Source: Octopus vulgaris (Eukaryota). From it: a stretch of DNA of 64,000 nucleotides. The DNA lies in NCBI GenBank assembly GCA_951406725.2, contig OX597841.1, positions 5,828,001 to 5,892,000 of the forward strand. The letters run 5' to 3'. The notes beneath the pieces were generated by a model. The model did no database searches, was not told where the DNA came from, and was given only the letters and a program-made list of their open reading frames with translations. The position numbers and the translations under genes are program-made. Of this stretch, positions 62,084 through 64,000 are shown one piece after another; the first letter of the stretch is position 1, and every line of letters starts with the position of its first letter.

Positions 62084-64000
62084 ATGAAACACAAATCTTT
62101 TCAAACAGTGGAGGAAACATATCACTGATATCTGTTGTAAATTGTTCTCCCAAAACTCAACTTAATTAATACAGGTGTGCATTCATACAGGTGAGAAACC
62201 ATATCATTTTGATAACTTTGGTCAACTATTTAATCAAATGGCTAATTTGATTTAAAATAAAGATATTTATACAAGGAATGTTCTATACTTACGAGACATG
62301 GACCTGCATATCTGGATTCTGTTAATTTCATAACATTCCGTTACATTTTCCTTTATTGCCACTCCATGTGTTCTTGTTTCATTTCGGCTGCTATTTCTAG
62401 CGGGCCAAATTGTAAATATTTCACTCTTTTTAATTTCCATTTTTTATTTAAATAAAAAAAAATCCCTTTTGTTTGCATCATTTGCGTTTTCTCTAAATTC
62501 TTTTTCTTTCTTTTTTTTTAATAGCAATAAACGTCTTGACACAGCAAAGAAGATTTCACAGGGTCTCTTATTAACTCTATACATGACTAAAAGCATAGCT
62601 ACACTAATGCCTGTCTTTCCATGCTGGCATGGGTTGGACAGTTCAACCGGGGTCTGGGAAGCCAGAAGGCTGCACCAGGATTCAATTTGATCTGGCAAAG
62701 TTTCTACGGCTGGATGCCCTTCCTTACGCCAACCACACCGTGAGTGTCGTGGGTGCTTTTTACGTGCCACCGGCACAGGTGCCAGACGAGGCTAGCATGA
62801 TGATGATGATGATATATATGTATATATATGTTCATTTAAGAAACCTCATCATATAGGCACAGGAGTGGCTGTGTGGTAAGTTGCTTGTTTACCAACCACA
62901 TGGTTCCGGGTTCAGTCCCACTGTGTGGTACCTTGGGCAAGTGTCTTCTACTATAGCCTCGGGCCGACCAAAGCCTTGTGAATGGATTGGTAGACGGAAA
63001 CTGAAAAGAAGCCCGTCGTATATATGTATATATGCATTTGTGTGTCTGTGTTTGTCCCTCCAACATCCGATGCTGGTGTGTTTACGTCCCCATTACTTAG
63101 CGGTTCGGCAAAAAGATACCGATGGAATAAGTACTGGGCTTACAAAAGAATAAGTCCCGGGGTCGAGTTGCTCGATTAAAGGTGGTGCTCCAGCATGGCC
63201 GCAGTCAAATGACTGAAACAAATAAAAGAGTATAACCATGTTGCCAGCTTTAAGACAATCCAATGTTTGGATGGTCCTTTTTACATACCACTGACACGGA
63301 GAGACAGTCAGGCAGCATGGTGCTTATTGCATGCCACCAGCAACATATATATGTATATAGGAGGCGCAATGGCCCAGTGGTTAGGGCAGCGGACTCGCGG
63401 TTTCGATTCCCAGACCGGGCGTTGTGAGTGTTTATTGAGCGAAAACACCTAAAAGCTCCACGAGGCTCCGGCAGGGGATGGTGGTGATCCCTTCTGTACT
63501 CTTTCACCACAACTTTCTCTCTCACTCTTACTTCCTGTTTCTGTTGTACCTGTATTTCAAAGGGCCGGCCTTGTCACTCTCTGTGTCATGCTGAATATCC
63601 CCGAGAACTACGTTAAGGGTACACGTGGAGTGCTCAGCCACTTACACGTTAATTTCATGAGCAGGCAGTTCCGTTGATCGGATCAACCGGAACCCTCGTC
63701 GTCGTAACTGACGGAGTGCTTCCTCTCTCTAATATATGTATATATCTATAGGTGTGTGTGTATGTGTGCGTATTACCCCTCCACAAAAAATCCCAAATTT
63801 TATTTAATTTGTTTTGCAGGAAGGACTGTTTCAACGGAGTCGTGTCTTGCCCTTACCTTCAAAACGCGGATTAGACAAAACAGGGGCAACTGAAGAAGGG
63901 GAATATTCCTTGTGTTGTATGCCTTGTACTCTGTTTTTTTGTTGTTTGAAAAAAATCCGTTTACATGTTTTTGTTTCTCATTGTGTTCTACATTTTTTTT

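Overview
Eukaryotic, AT-rich, repeat-dense genomic DNA, most likely an octopod cephalopod. That assignment is inferred from the tRNA-derived SINE families, the abundant (TA)n/(ATT)n microsatellites and the tandem C2H2 expansion. The window starts with the last two coding exons of LSM4, which the ORF track misses. The rest is a cluster of 10 long C2H2 zinc-finger ORFs (about 124 fingers, each ORF in a single exon, no recognisable effector domain) plus one truncated copy. They fall into three subfamilies by N-terminus: MSQEK, MENV/MDNV and MESEL. Genes are built from duplicated modules: a TATA promoter with a short non-coding exon, a TE-filled intron, and a terminal exon carrying a conserved 280-430 nt leader plus the finger array. 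Two intact coding exons have no visible promoter of their own and may be alternative last exons. One gene has been remodelled by a SINE, a MITE and a transposon-associated deletion. Interspersed DNA includes SINEs, RTE/CR1 LINE fragments, Gypsy, mariner, Helitron and hAT-like relics, MITEs, and a Penelope-type repeat carrying a minimal hammerhead ribozyme. All calls were made by eye, and TE boundaries are approximate.
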